Source of the DNA: Octopus vulgaris
Lineage: Eukaryota
DNA length: 64,000 nucleotides
NCBI GenBank assembly: GCA_951406725.2
Contig: OX597823.1
Coordinates: 27,280,001-27,344,000 of the forward strand
Direction of reading: 5' to 3'
The position numbers and the translations under genes were made by a program. The notes beneath the pieces were generated by a model. That model was not told the origin of the DNA and searched no databases. It saw nothing but the letters and a program-made list of their open reading frames with translations. Shown piece after piece: positions 37,748-51,289 of the stretch (the first letter of the stretch is position 1; every line of letters begins with the position of its first letter).

Positions 37748-37988
37748 GAGCAAAGTCATGGAGCGCATTTTCAAGAAGAAAAAAAACTAACTGCGTTCCT
37801 TGAAAATAATAACTTGCTTCCTGGCATACAGCATGCCTTTCGCTGAGGAAGAAGCTGCTTTACGCAGTTTTTGCAACTCTATTACTGGGTATTATAACAA
37901 TTAGTGAATATCTTAGACATGAGCTATCAAAGGCCTTTGATAAGGTTGATCATGGGATGACATGTTACAAACTACAGAGACTCGGCAT
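37748..37988 (+). pseudogene. CR1-like RT fragment (left piece)
   Basis: SKVME.. / KLTAFLENNNLLPGIQHAF / KAFDKVDHGM, homologous to 53510-53760. Confidence 0.85.
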
Positions 37989-38813
37989 TTTAATTTTAAA
38001 CCAATTTTTCTTACTTATTTACTCGCTATATCATTTTATTTATAATATATTTCTATAAATTTCATACTCAATCTATACAGAACCATACTGATATATTTCA
38101 CTATTAATTTTATAATACAAGAAATATGTTCTAAGATTATTAGCATATAGAAAATATATAAATGTTTAACAAATTCCTTTAATTTAACTTATTAATACCA
38201 AAAATTACTATTTAATAATTAACTATAAATATATGTTAAGTTAGTATAGAAATTATATAAATATGGAATTATTTCTATATTTCCCACTCCTATATTGTGT
38301 AAAATACTGAAATTATTCTGATTTTTTTTTGTGTGTGAGAATAAACTCTCTAAAATGTACCTAAGTATTTCAAATTAACGCTGAGTTTATGGTTGTCAAA
38401 TAGTTAAGTATTATGAGTTTTACTCTCGCTACCCCATCAGCTTTAGCCAGCAAATTAGGCTGAAGTATATTCTTACTTAACCAAATGGTTTCTATTTCAA
38501 AGAAATCTTGATTTATGACTCTGCTACTTAAACTATCTTTTTACCCTATCCATAAAAGATAGATTCTAGTTTCCATTGGACTTAATAAACTAGTCTGTAA
38601 ATTGGAACTAAACACCACCCCCCTGTAGTAAATCTGATTAACAAATTAAGATCAATGATAAGCAGTGTCTTCCTGTGAAAAAAATATCAGATACAACTAT
38701 GATATTGTTGATGAAACATGTTCTTTGTCTATCTACTTATTCTCTTTGTGATTTTGGTTAATAGAATAACTATACAAATGAATCCTTTGAATTTAACTAA
38801 ATTCTATATTTTT

Positions 38814-38903
38814 ATGCAGCTGAAGATTGCTTTACATTTTAAAACTGATGTAATATTTGCACTGTTCAATTAAATGGAGTCGCATGACACGATCGTACTG
38901 CAT
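38814..38903 (+). ncRNA. Decayed type-I hammerhead in a Penelope-like 3' end
   Basis: atgcag-CTGAAGA-ttgc...gcat-GACA-cgatcg-TA-ctgcat: 6-bp stem I and palindromic stem III, with GAAA mutated to GACA. Upstream scraps CKLELN..NLINK resemble the GIY-YIG C-terminus. Confidence 0.65.
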
Positions 38904-39377
38904 TACTTCTGGATATCCTTGTTGCTTATTTTGATTGTAATCATCCCATTTTGAATTATATGGATAATACCATACTTAATTCTGGTGCCTTTAACTTAAG
39001 TACCATATTCAACTGAATCTAAATTTTACATACATATATAGACATACGTATGCAAACCAAGTATTACATGCTTACAAGAATACTTGTCTTCATACACGTA
39101 TATACAGATACACACGCACGCAATCAAGCTATCACGGGGTAAATGGTAACCATAACAGCAGGTGATGAGGAGTCATGTAAATATGTAAGTATCTATAACA
39201 TCAAAAAGCAAAGCACAACAACAATCATAAATGCCAATACAACGAAAAACAAAGAATTTAGCAAAACAGTAAGATACACACTTGTCAAAGGAAATAAGAG
39301 GAAAATACAAACAGAATATCTTTAAATGTTTGCTTGGATCGGAAATATGTATGTAAAGAAAGTCACGCACCGATGTA

Positions 39378-39487
<110 letters not shown>

Positions 39488-39654
39488 CATACATACGTAT
39501 AGGGTGGTTGTCTACTCCTCGTGCAGAGTCTGACCACCTAATTTTCTTATACCTTAGAACCATAATGGCGTCTGATGTGCGTTTTGATTTACATGCAACA
39601 GTAATAATGGACATATATTGATTGGAATAAGTAGATGTACTTCAAAAGGAAACA

Positions 39655-39949
39655 GCTGAGATTTACCTTTTGTGTTGTCGGTATAGCTTAGTAAGTGTGG
39701 CTGTTTATGTAAATGATGGCATGTCTGAAAGAGCCACCATGAACAGCAGCGACACCAGTAAGCTCCCCCGCGGGATTTTACTCTTTATTACTGTCTCCGA
39801 GGAGAGTCCTCCGTTGGCTACTAAAGCCTGGCTCCTGTCCTTCAAGAAGTCAAGCAATCACTCTTCGATCTTCCCAGTTATGCCGAGTCTCTGTAGTTTG
39901 TAACATTTCATCCCATGATCAACCTTATCAAAGGCCTTTGATAGCTCAT
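39655..39949 (-). pseudogene. CR1-like RT fragment (inverted continuation of 37748-37988)
   Basis: Minus strand KAFDKVDHGMKCYKLQRLGITGKIEE*LLDFLKDRSQALVANG...LLFMVALSDMP. Confidence 0.85.
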
Positions 39950-39971
39950 ATACATATATATATAATAGAAA

Positions 39972-40489
39972 AGTGTGAAGCGGCTGACCTCCCTTGTTCG
40001 AAGGTTATAATGGACACAGTTTGTGTGTCAAATAGCTAGCTTAAGTCGATGGCCCCATGGAGCTAATCAGCGACAGCTTTAGTCTTATATCTATAAAACT
40101 GCCATATTAATATGGCGATAACAATTAATTTCCAGTAACGCTGCCGTAATCTCTTTTAGAGAGACTTCGTAATTTTAATATTTCTATTATTGAAAACAAG
40201 TGGATGTATTCCACCGAAACTAGGTAAATAAAACCTTCGAACAGAGACGATCAGTGGCGACACCTGCTGGGTCTGACTACGCTACATTGACAAAGGGCAA
40301 ATACCCTGAAACGCGTCTGTAGCTGTCTGACTGGCAGTGTGAAGCGGCTGACCTCCCTTGTTCGAAGGTTATAATGGACACAGTGTGTGTCAAATAGCTA
40401 GCTTAAGGCGATGGCCTCATGGAGCTAATCAGCGACAGCTTTAGTCTTATATTTATAAGACTGCCATATTAATATGGCGATAACAATTA

Positions 40490-40492
<3 letters not shown>
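39972..40492 (+). mobile_element. Retrozyme-like partial tandem (364-bp unit, ~1.4 copies) in (TA)n
   Basis: 39972-40130 is repeated at 40336-40492. Fold at 40281-40323: gctaca-TTGACAA-aggg-caaata-ccct-GAAA-cgcg-TC-tgtagc. Confidence 0.8.
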
Positions 40493-40534
<42 letters not shown>

Positions 40535-40545
40535 TACATATACAT

Positions 40546-40965
40546 ATATGGGGGTTGTCTACTCCTTGTGCAGAGACTGACCACCTCCTCTACCTATACC
40601 TTACAGCCATCATGGCGTCTGATGTGGCTCTTAAACCCAGACAATATTTTGAAAAGACACCCACATAAATTGCATATCCATGTTTGGATCACCAAGAGCT
40701 GCAGTTAAGTTCAGAACTTCGTGGATCTTAAAATGTCTTTGGAGGCGTCCTTTAGATTTGTAGACTTTATGGTAGACACTGCACTGAAAGGTGTGCGCAG
40801 ACATATAGGCAAAATAGTTGGTGGAGGTTCGTTTTCCATGGGTCCGCAAATGAGATTTGAGCCCGGCAAAAGAAAGGCGTGGATTGTCACAAAATGTACA
40901 CAGAAAAATGTCATTGTGATTCACCTTCTAAATCGCAACATTCTTCTTCAAATCGCTCTTGAGGT
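40546..40965 (-). mobile_element. 3' end of a LINE (probably RTE-like) with C-terminal C2H2 zinc fingers
   Basis: CTFCDNPRLSFAGLKSHLRTH, CSVYHKVYKSKGRLQRHFKIH and a third decayed finger (GFKSHIRRH). A short UTR runs into the microsatellite. A shorter sibling tail lies at 39499-39580. Confidence 0.6.
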
Positions 40966-41096
40966 ACATATATACATATATACATATATAAATGTGAATT
41001 TGTCTGTGTTAACTACATCCCAAAGATCGAGCCTTGTATACCTGATAGAAACCGGCTCCCTTCTCAGTGGAAGATTTATAATAATTAAAAATAGAA

Positions 41097-41191
<95 letters not shown>

Positions 41192-41259
41192 TAACAGAAA
41201 GCCACATAGATTATCTTTCGCACTGCCACAAGATTCAGGTAAGTTTCTTCGCAAGCAAA

Positions 41260-41938
41260 TATTAGGTTGTCAAGAATGTTCTTGCGGTTTTTAACCTTTA
41301 AATTCACATATCTCTTTAAATGCACATATCTCGGCCCAGACAAAAATTTATTAATCGAAATACACAGCATCAGAATCAACACACTTTTTTCAACGCGAAA
41401 CAAGTTTATATATTCCAGTAGCGTAAAAATCCAGCGTTCTGGTGGCGATGAAGTCGTTGAAGGCGTGTTTGGCATCGTCTTGGTTTTTGAAGCATTTTTC
41501 ACGCAGGAAGTTGTCGAGATGCTTGAAAAAGTGATAGTCGTTAGGCGAGAGGTCTGATGGGTATAGCGAATGTGGCAGAGTTTCATAGCCCAATTCGTTC
41601 AGTTGTGCGACGTGGGGCCGAGCGTTGTCATGGGGAAGAATTGGTCCTTTTCTATTGACCAATGCTGGCTGTTGTTGTGGGAGTTTCTTATGCATTTCAT
41701 CCATTTGCTGACAGTACTTCTCTGCCGTAATGGTTTCACCTGGTTCCAAAAAGCTGTGATGGATTAGCGGCCGCAGACCACCAAACAGTCACTATGACCT
41801 ACATTTGGTACAAATTTGGCTTCGGGAAGTGACGTGGAGCTTCGTCGGCGTCCAACCACTGAACTGAGCGTCGCCAGTTGTCGTAAAAAATCCACTTTTC
41901 ATCGCAAGTCGCAATCCGGTCGAGAAACGGGTTGTCAC
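41260..41938 (-). mobile_element. Mariner 3' half
   Basis: TIR tattaggttgtcaagaatgttcttgcggtttt. Motifs FLDRIATCDEKWIFYDN, HDNARPHVA and LYPSDLSPNDYHFFKHLDNFL. Confidence 0.92.
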
Positions 41939-41943
41939 TTCTA

Positions 41944-42220
41944 CGGAATTTAAATCTATATATTACAAGCATTTTCCCTATTCCCAACATAAATCTAAAT
42001 ATATCAATACAACTTTAGCCACACTTAATAGCGATTTAAAAAAAATAAAAATACTGAATACACTTGGTCAATTATCAGAAAGGCTATTCCTCATAATATA
42101 GGTAGTAAATTTTGTAAGCAATATTTGCTAGAATTTATAGAAATACAGAAATGTAAAGATTAAACAACCACGAAGAATCACTTGTCCGATGTTTTCATAA
42201 AAGATTTAGCATCTTTCAAT
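41944..42220 (+). pseudogene. Decayed Penelope-like GIY-YIG C-terminal fragment
   Basis: EFKSIYYKH and WSIIRKAIPHNIGSKFCKQYLLE parallel SWKSRYYNH and WSIIGSAAPYLNNRAGCQLCCVE. Confidence 0.55.
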
Positions 42221-42385
42221 ACTTTGAGGATTCTCGATGAAATTAATAATTTAAAATATATAATAGCTTAACAACTAATAAGTGAATATACTTTAGGTAT
42301 TATATTTTAAAATGTTCATTATCTTTACATTATTATGCCCGTATGGGTTAAAAGTGCGCATTCATATGTGAATGGATGCTAAATA

Positions 42386-42433
<48 letters not shown>

Positions 42434-42519
42434 TATACATAAATGTATATACATATCTGTGTGTGTATATATATATATGCATGTGTTTATGTGTGTGTGT
42501 GTCTCTCTCTCTCTCTCTC

Positions 42520-42585
<66 letters not shown>

Positions 42586-42950
42586 TATATGTATGTATAT
42601 ATATAGTATGTAAATAAAATTAATATGAATAGCAGTTTGTAATGTTTCATATATATACATAATTTAGAAATAGATAAAATTTGCCCTTTTTATAATTATA
42701 CCATATGTTACATATTTATTATATTATATCTTGATACTGTGTGGACTAAGATCCCCGTTCACAGTCCGCTGGTATTTATAGTGTTAAACACTTTCGGTAA
42801 CAGCTGCATTTGTTGAGAATATAAAGAGTTTGGCTTCTTGTTTTTCTGATGAGAACCCAAAAGGAAGCAAAAATTGATTTAGGTTGTTCATAATCTTTTT
42901 TGTTTTAGTCTGAGGAGAAATAGCTAAAATTTGCTGTTTATAATTATGCC

Positions 42951-43003
<53 letters not shown>

Positions 43004-43319
43004 ACACACACTCACACACACACACGCACACACACGCACACACTCACACACACTCACACACACACACACACTCACACACACACACACACACATGTATATA
43101 TATATATATATAAAGATATATATATATGTAACATATGGGGTCGATTTGTTCGACAAAGGCAGTGCTCCAGTATGGCCGCAGTCAAATGACTGAAACAAAT
43201 AAAAGAATATATGTATGACTAAATATATGTGTGTGATTTATTGTGATTTACCTAGCCTTTACTTCGTATTGTTTTGGCCTTAACCACGATCCTTTATACA
43301 ACATATATATATATATATG

Positions 43320-43625
43320 TAAATGGAGTTGAACGCAGGTGTTTCTCAAATTCTTTTACTTCCGACATATGTTTCGAAGACAACACTGGTATTATTCCAG
43401 AAGGAATATAATGGTGTAAAACAAGGCTATCTTCTTATAAGGGTAAGAAAGAAACCAAACACATCAATAACACCTGCGTTTAACAAAATATTTCACATAA
43501 ACCTGGAATTTCTAGCTTTATAAGTAGGCTGTTACACCTTTGATACATTGTGTGAATTTTTGCTACCATGGTTACTGTTTATATATTTTTTCTGTGTTAC
43601 TTGTAAACAGAAGAAAAAACACTGA
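43320..43625 (-). mobile_element. Short element in (TA)n with decayed hammerhead
   Basis: Minus strand 43447-43359 reads cttacc-CTTATAA-gaaga...tcttc-GAAA-catatg-TC-ggaag. Bracketed by the inverted repeat aacgcaggtgtt/aacacctgcgtt. Confidence 0.6.
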
Positions 43626-43631
43626 TACATT

Positions 43632-44075
<444 letters not shown>

Positions 44076-44108
44076 ACGCACACACATACACACATACATA
44101 CATACATA

Positions 44109-44155
<47 letters not shown>

Positions 44156-44203
44156 ATATATATATTGATCAAAATAAAATAAAAACATGATGCGAAGGAT
44201 TCA

Positions 44204-44281
44204 GCGGTACATATGTTTCGGGCCTTTATTAGACAGATTTATAACAATGCATAATGTATGTCTGTGGCCTTCTTCAGCCGC
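44204..44281 (-). ncRNA. Type-I hammerhead ribozyme, canonical core
   Basis: gcgg-CTGAAGA-aggcc...aggccc-GAAA-catatg-TA-ccgc. Palindromic stem III. Predicted cleavage between 44208 and 44207. Confidence 0.8.
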
Positions 44282-46184
44282 GCACAACAGCTTCCACAAG
44301 GACATGTGTTACATCAAAAATTCTTGGTTGGGGATGCAAATCCTCTCATTCACGTACGACATAATGCGGCAGCAGCATAGAATTGAAGCGTCCATCCCTT
44401 TCTTCTCTCAATGTAGAATGAGGAAAATTGGATGTTGAGGTAATGTAAATAAATAAATACATATATAGAGGTGAAGATGGAGGGGCGAGAGTTCGGGACG
44501 AGGGATAAAACATGTATAAAAAGTGTAAGTATAGAATAATATAAAAATGTAGAGGATAAAGATATAAAGAGTTGTAAGGAGATGTAAAGGGGGTATAAAG
44601 AAATATAAAGAAATATAAATAAATGTAAAGGCATAAGGTTATAAAGTAAAAATAGAAATAGAAATAAAAGTAAAAAAACCTGATAAAAACATGATAAAAG
44701 TGTAAAAGACTGTAAAGATAAGGGATGTATATAGGTTACGGACCAAGCATGGTGGTCAGGAGATTGATAAAATTTAGTTGTAGAATTGTCAGTAAATCAA
44801 CAGTTTCGTCTGGGGACCTAATGCGTTGTAAATCAGAGCTGATGAGCATTTAATCTGGTTCCTTGAATTAAATGGACTTCTAGTACATACATATCATCAT
44901 GGATACATACACCCACATACACGCGTACATATACGCCTCCAAGCCTATAAGCATACACACGCACTCGCGTGTAAACACGTACATAAACACACACGCACCC
45001 ACACGCACGCGCGTACACACACATACATACAACAGAATATCCGCATGTATGCGCGGACATTATACGCGTACACACTCACATGTATATACGCGCGCCCATC
45101 ACTACATACACACACGTATATGCCCACGCATCTAGGTCTAGGTATAATATATTAAAGGATGTGTATAAGAACGTATGTAAAGAATCCCGTACTCATGTCT
45201 ATACGTGCACGCACACACGGCTGTGTGTCCGTATGTTCGTGCACATATACACTCATATACACACACAGAGACAGAGACACTCGCGCACATGGGTATAGCT
45301 ATAAGATATCGAAGTATGCATGTACATATATGCGCGTGCATATGTATGTATGCGTATACACACGCACGCGGACGCTCGTATAGTCAAAAAGTGGATCCAT
45401 AGGTAAGTAAATAAACGTATATAGAGGTGTAAAGCGATAAGTTATGGGTAAGAATGAGGGTAAGGGTAAAGATTAGAAATAAAAAATACAGTATAAAATA
45501 AGAAATACAATGTAATAGTTAGAAATGAAATGTAAGAATTATAAAAATTATAAGAGTTAAGGTAAGGGATGAAAATAAAAATGAGAATAAATGGAAGTAG
45601 AATAAAAGTAAAAATAAAATTAAAAATAAAGATAAATGGAAGTAGGATAAAAGTAAAAATAAAAGTAAAAATAAAAATAAAAATAACATAAAATAAGATA
45701 AAAATATAATTTGGTAAAGTTTAACATGAGATGAAGGTGGTTGAAAGTTAGAGGTGTGTGTTAAACGTAGGGGCGGGCGGGGGGAACTGAAAATTGGAAG
45801 GGTGGGAAGTGGAGTTTGGCGTTGTGCGTTCAACATCCGAGTTAGAAATGTGAAAGGGTATAGATATAGGGAATTAAAGAGACTACATAGGGAGGATATG
45901 GGTGTAGGAGAAGAAATATTTAGGGAAAAGAAGTCATATATGGGAGACAACATTTGTATATATAGGAGGAAAATGCAGGGAACCGTATATGCACATACAC
46001 CCCCCACACACACACGCACATGTACATATATGTATATATGTACACATACGTACACGTATGTGCACATACATACGCACACACACACACATACACATGTACA
46101 CGCACATATATGAAATCGGGATGTGCTGGAGCCGACAGGTTGCACCGGGTGGGAGGAAATTGCATGGGGGAGTTGGTATAAGAC

Positions 46185-48487
46185 CTAAGCATTGTAGTAT
46201 TTGAAAGTATTAATAAGTTTATGTATACAGGATGGTTTGAACTCTGACCTTTTGTTAATAAGATTGTGTTTGTCTTTGAATTTCAAGATGTTCAGGAGTT
46301 CTACACAACATAGTTGGCATCCTGCTCTATTATTTAAATAAGGTGCAGCTGAACCGATGATGGACCATCTGAGTTTGAAGCCTATGCATTTGTCTTTTAA
46401 TTCCCAAATTCTTTTAGAGAGGGAGGTGCTGTTAGCCTTATGTCTGTGTCTCAGCGAGGACCGGTGGTTGTAGTATCTGGATTTCCAGGAGGTTGAGCAA
46501 CCAATATAGGTGAGTGTGTTAAACTGAGTACTCACCTCACATGAGTATATTACGTTTTTCGCCCTACATGCGCCCTGCAGCGGGCACTCTGATGCACATC
46601 TGCAGTTGCATTGCATTTCATTATTCGGTCGTGTGCTGCTAATCCCAGGCGGAGGTGTTGCAATACGAGTGGGGGCGTTGGTATCCTCCTGGTTGTTGAT
46701 GGGTGTAGTATTTCCGCTGTTGTGTTGGCGGGTGTTATTACTAACTGTTTGGGTAGTATGGCTGCCAGTCAGGTTATATTGTCTACTGTCTAGATGAGGG
46801 GGGTTCTGTTGGTCGCTATGGTTTGCTCTTGATCTAGCTGTTCTAATATTAATATAGTTATGTTTAGCTATGAGGCAGCTCATGTTGGGCAGGGTAGAGT
46901 AGGAAATCCTAATAGTTTTGTTGGAGAAGATACTTCTATACTTGTGGGTGGGTGGGAAGTTGTTGGAAATTATAGAGAATATTCTCTTACATAACTTACC
47001 CCTAACTGCTAAGTTGAAAGGTATGTTGAACTATATATATTTGCGTAATCTACTATTATCCCTTCTATTTCTCCTAATAGGATCTATATTGCTCTCGTCG
47101 GGAGGGTTACTATTGTGTGCTATTCTATTAGTTCGCCTATTTCCTATACGTTGTTTGGAGTTTAAATTAGAATTATCGCTAGTGTGAGTTGAGTGCTGAG
47201 TTCGATTATAATTGGGAGTCTTATGGCCGACGGACGCTCCCGGGTGGTCTACATATGATATTCTCTGGTTATACCCGGCACTATAGAGAGCCTGGTTGTA
47301 GTGTTGTGCATGATTATTGAAAATTTCTCTATTAGAGGATAGTTTTGTCAGTCTGTCTGAGATGGCTTGGACCGTGGTGCTAATTATACAGGGTGGATGG
47401 TTGGAAGAGGTATGGATGTATTTGGTAGTTTCTTCGGGTTTCCTATACGGGTGGTGAAGGTGCTTATTCAAATCTAACGTAACATCTAAGAAGTTTACTA
47501 TTTTAGTATTGGTCATAAATTCTAGTTTAAGATTGAAGGATTTGAAAAAAAGCCTGATCTTTTTTCTAATTCTTTCTAGTTTACTCCTATTGTTGGTGGG
47601 GTATATGAAGAGAGCGTCGTCTCTGTATAGACCCCCCTGAAGATCCGGTACCTCGGAGAAAAGCTTCTTGAGCAAGTAGGCCCCGACCAAGTCAGTCACC
47701 TGAGCTGAATCGCTCGAGCCCATAGCCACATCGAAATTGTCGGGGGTATCGGATCTGGTCCAGAGTCTACCGTCGAATTCTATTATGGTTTTTCTAGCTA
47801 ATAGAATTATGTCAATTTTTTCTCTGTCTATGAGTGAAAGGTTGCGGGCAAAAATAAGGGATTTGTTAAGTAAGATGGGGGATATACTGGCGTAGTAGCT
47901 AGCTATGTCGAATTGGATGAATGAGTAGTCGGGCCTATTGGTGATAGTGTTGAACCATTCTAGCACATCGTCGGTGTTAATCCATAGTTGGAGTGGGATG
48001 TGGGGTTTGATGTGTGGGATCACCTTGTCCAGGATAGTCTTGCTAAGTCTGCCGATATCCGATTTAGTCGGACAGATTAATCGTACTCCTACATTATCTG
48101 GGAAGTCTTTCTTATGGTCTTTAATAGTAATTTTGGGTACTTGTGGTTTAATAGGTTCTGTTCTGTCCAGGAGGTCTAATTTGCTCATAACTTCCTTGAT
48201 TTTGTAGTTAATTTCCTTAAGGTTATCCGTAGAAGTAGTTTTATACTTTTTGCTAAGTTCCCTCATGATGAGCGATTTGTAGGTTTGGTAGTCTAGCCTA
48301 TACCAGTTCCCAGTCTTGTCGGCGGGTATGATAAGACTATCATCGTTCCTAAGTGAATGCAGGAAATCTTTAAGGCTCCTTAAGTGGGTGTTGGAAATGG
48401 TCTTATGTTTACTAATGTTGATGTCGGTAATGAGGTCGATTAAGTCTTTTTCAAAATTTTCCAGTGCGTAGTTAGAGGGCGGGTTTA
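46185..48487 (-). pseudogene. Penelope-like RT/GIY-YIG polyprotein with one internal stop
   Basis: IIPADKTGN, FDIASYY, AMGS, LYRDDAL, VNFLDVTL, YRKP, HTSSNHP. TAG at 47033-47031 in RKYI*FNIPFN, then the same frame (147 nt) runs into ORF 46883-46185 with CNCRCASECPLQGAC, VIY..YIG, CQLC. Confidence 0.93.
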
Positions 48488-49081
48488 TATATATATATAT
48501 ATATGATGAAAGCGGTTATACCCAACATAAAACATAAAACCACAAAAGAAAAATTCAATATTATCAGTATTTGTGACTGAGAGAGCTGTTTGGCACTTAC
48601 ATTGCTAGAAATATGAGCTAAAAAGTTCTTATAGCTGAAGGAAGCATATTTTCATATACTGACAGACTGACAGGGAAGTTAAAAGGACAGGGCAACAAAT
48701 AGGGATACAATAAAAATGGTGAAGAACACATCTGCTTATACATCACAATAACAGTAATTCTTATCGAAATGGACAACTGCTATGTTAGGAATCATTATGG
48801 TTTCGACATCTAGCAGTAGCATTCAATCCGACGGTGTCCACAATTGCAAAAATTAGTTACACGTTATCAGGAAATTACGAAGCAGAAAACAAAACAACAC
48901 GCGCGTATCTTCATGGCAGAACGCAGTCCACCCTGGGTAGCAAATACATAATTTTCAAACATTATTATGTAAAATTTATAGCTTCTGCCTGAATATAAAT
49001 TTAAAGAACAAGCTTTACAACTAATACTTAATTAACACAAATATAACAAATTATTGTAAATAAACATATATATTAACATAT

Positions 49082-49120
49082 ATAGGCGCAGGAGTGGCTG
49101 TGTGGTAAGTAGCATGCTTA
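49082..49120 (+). mobile_element. SINE family B head only
   Basis: ataggcgcaggagtggctgtgtggtaagtagcatgctta, then unrelated sequence. Confidence 0.8.
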
Positions 49121-51289
49121 CTGTTGAACGATGTAGTTCGTGTTTTATAGTATTGGTAGGAATTTAATACTGTTTTATTAGATTACTGTTTGATTGTTGT
49201 AATTACCTGCTTTGTTCAATTGTTACCATTTTTATTGCTGGACTCTCTGTTAGTCTTTTCCGGTTTTACCGGGGAATCGAAATTGCTAATTTATATTTGT
49301 TTGGCCGTTGTGGCAATAATTTTTACGAATATTAAAAAAAAAATTTTTGAACTGCGTTTAGTCTTTGTAGACTAATTTTGTGACCCTCCCCCTAATGGGG
49401 GTGGGATTTGAACAGTTGTGGGAAAAAATTATAGATTTCCTTTTATTTCGAAAACCATTTTTGTAATTTGTTGTTTCATAATTTCGACCAAATAATGTCG
49501 GTCGAAATAATTCATGAGAAGTCTGCTCTCGCAGAGAGTAATACAGGAATTGTAATAGTTAAAAAGTTTTCGGCGGTTGCCGCGGTGGCAACAGAAACCA
49601 TTGACATCTCCTCCGTCGAGAAACTAAGCGAATTCTTTGGAAGAATGAAGAAGGGGGAGGACGGTGATGTTAAAATAACACCTTCCTCCAATGTTAAAGT
49701 GACAGAAAAAGACGGTAGTGTTTAAATCGTTCTGTCCGCAGAACAAAAGATTTAAACACTTCGAAAAAGAAAAGATAGAGAAGTGCCTGTGCTCAATTTG
49801 GAAAGACATGCAATATATTGCAAGGTGACAAGCATACAGAACGATTGAGGTCTGATTTGCAACGGAAGAGGTGTCCCGCAGGCACTCCGTGTGCCCGCTG
49901 AAAACAAAGGAGGTAGTGCCTCTGCCGACACACATGGGAAGACGGACTTCTCGTGTGAGGGTAACAAAAGTACCACCGGAGATTGATCCAAGGGAGGTCA
50001 TGACCGCCCTGCTGTTTAACTGGGAGGAAAAATATAATTCCTCCAAATTATATGCTCTGCTCCCCAGAATTGGTTCGAGCAGACCTTTACTGCAATTGTG
50101 CAGGGATCTCAGGAAGACATTCAAATGCTTCCCGAGAGAGTGCTTGTGGGCGAGAATGTGGCCCGTAGAATTCAGGTGGAGGACAGGAAGCCCACCTGTT
50201 ACGAATGTGGAAGAAAGGGCCACATTCGTATAGACTGCGTTGAAAGGAAAAAATAGAGATGGAGAAAAGGGAAAAAAACAAAACGGCGCAGATACCAGGC
50301 CCTACACAAGCCCGCAAAATTGTCCCCAAGCTTTCACATCCACCAGCCCCACACAAGTAAAAATTCCTACTCCGTCAATTGCAGTGCCGGCTGAACAAAA
50401 CACTTCAAAAACCAAAACCCAAACAAAAACAAAAATACGCGCCTCCTTATTGGCACCGAAAGGAAAAAGTTCAACTACCTCAGACAACATCATGAAGGTG
50501 GCAAAGGAGGGGTATTCTGTTGTTACGCGGAAGAGAACATTGGCACCATCCCCATCCGTATTCCCTACAATAAGTAACAAAGAACAAGCACCACAGACAG
50601 GAAAAAAAACCCGCCCAATTGTCCCAGAAATAGAAGAAAAACTCGAAATCAACACATAAACGAAACTGTGACATTACACCCAAAGACGAAATCATATGAT
50701 ATGCATAAAGACCTCAAAAAGAGATGTGCCTTGGTAGAAGAAACTTTATACAGGCAACTAAGTGATAAGTATCCAACGGCCATCATAAGCTTGCAACTCT
50801 CTGACCCCCTTCTGAAGATCAATCGTTTAATCCAGTAGTCCTGATCAAAAAAGATCAAAACCTTCTATGTCGGAGATATAAGCGCCAATCAAAATAAAGG
50901 GAGAAAGACATCCCCAAAACCGTTATGAAGCTTGTAATGGTAACTCAGAAAAACTAAAGCAGTTGTTAATGGCTAAGATTTATAAGATACGACAAGCTGA
51001 ATATTACATTGTAGGTTTGGAAAGATCATATTTTGACAGATAATTTGCTCTCTACTTAAGTAACAAAGAAAATTTTAATGATAGCTTATATTGCTAAATC
51101 TTTCCAATTATATCCTCCAAAGTAGCTTTTTATTAATAAAAAAGCGACGTTCATTATATTACCTCATCTAATAAACTGATATGAAACCACATTGTAACTA
51201 ACCCCTATAGATATACAGATCAATACTATTGGCATTGCTATAAAGTTAAAATTTAAATTATCGGTCTTATATACAAATATAAAAAAAAA
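49121..51289 (+). mobile_element. Decayed ORF1/gag-like element with zinc knuckle; no ORF2 seen
   Basis: Broken frame ...SRVRVTKVPPEID... and ...RKPTCYECGRKGHIRIDC (CX2CX4HX4C, ~50198-50239), followed by a low-complexity K/T/P-rich tail. AATAAA sites and an A-run near 51280. Boundaries approximate. Confidence 0.6.

Larger units (their letters stand above)
44165..48487 (-). mobile_element. 5'-truncated Penelope-like retroelement (RT + GIY-YIG + ~2-kb 3' UTR), probably Hydra-type
   Basis: Bounded by (TA)n at both ends. Contains the ORF and the terminal hammerhead listed separately. Confidence 0.92.

Noticed and set aside
40631-40924. Host C2H2 zinc-finger gene exon
   Set aside because: The fingers are degenerate, lack TGEKP linkers, and run into a short tail plus microsatellite that is duplicated at 39499-39580. 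This fits a LINE 3' end.
47031-47033. Programmed readthrough or selenocysteine in the Penelope-like ORF
   Set aside because: The stop is TAG, not TGA, at a position that reads naturally as Trp (TGG) in IWFN. A point mutation is the simpler explanation.
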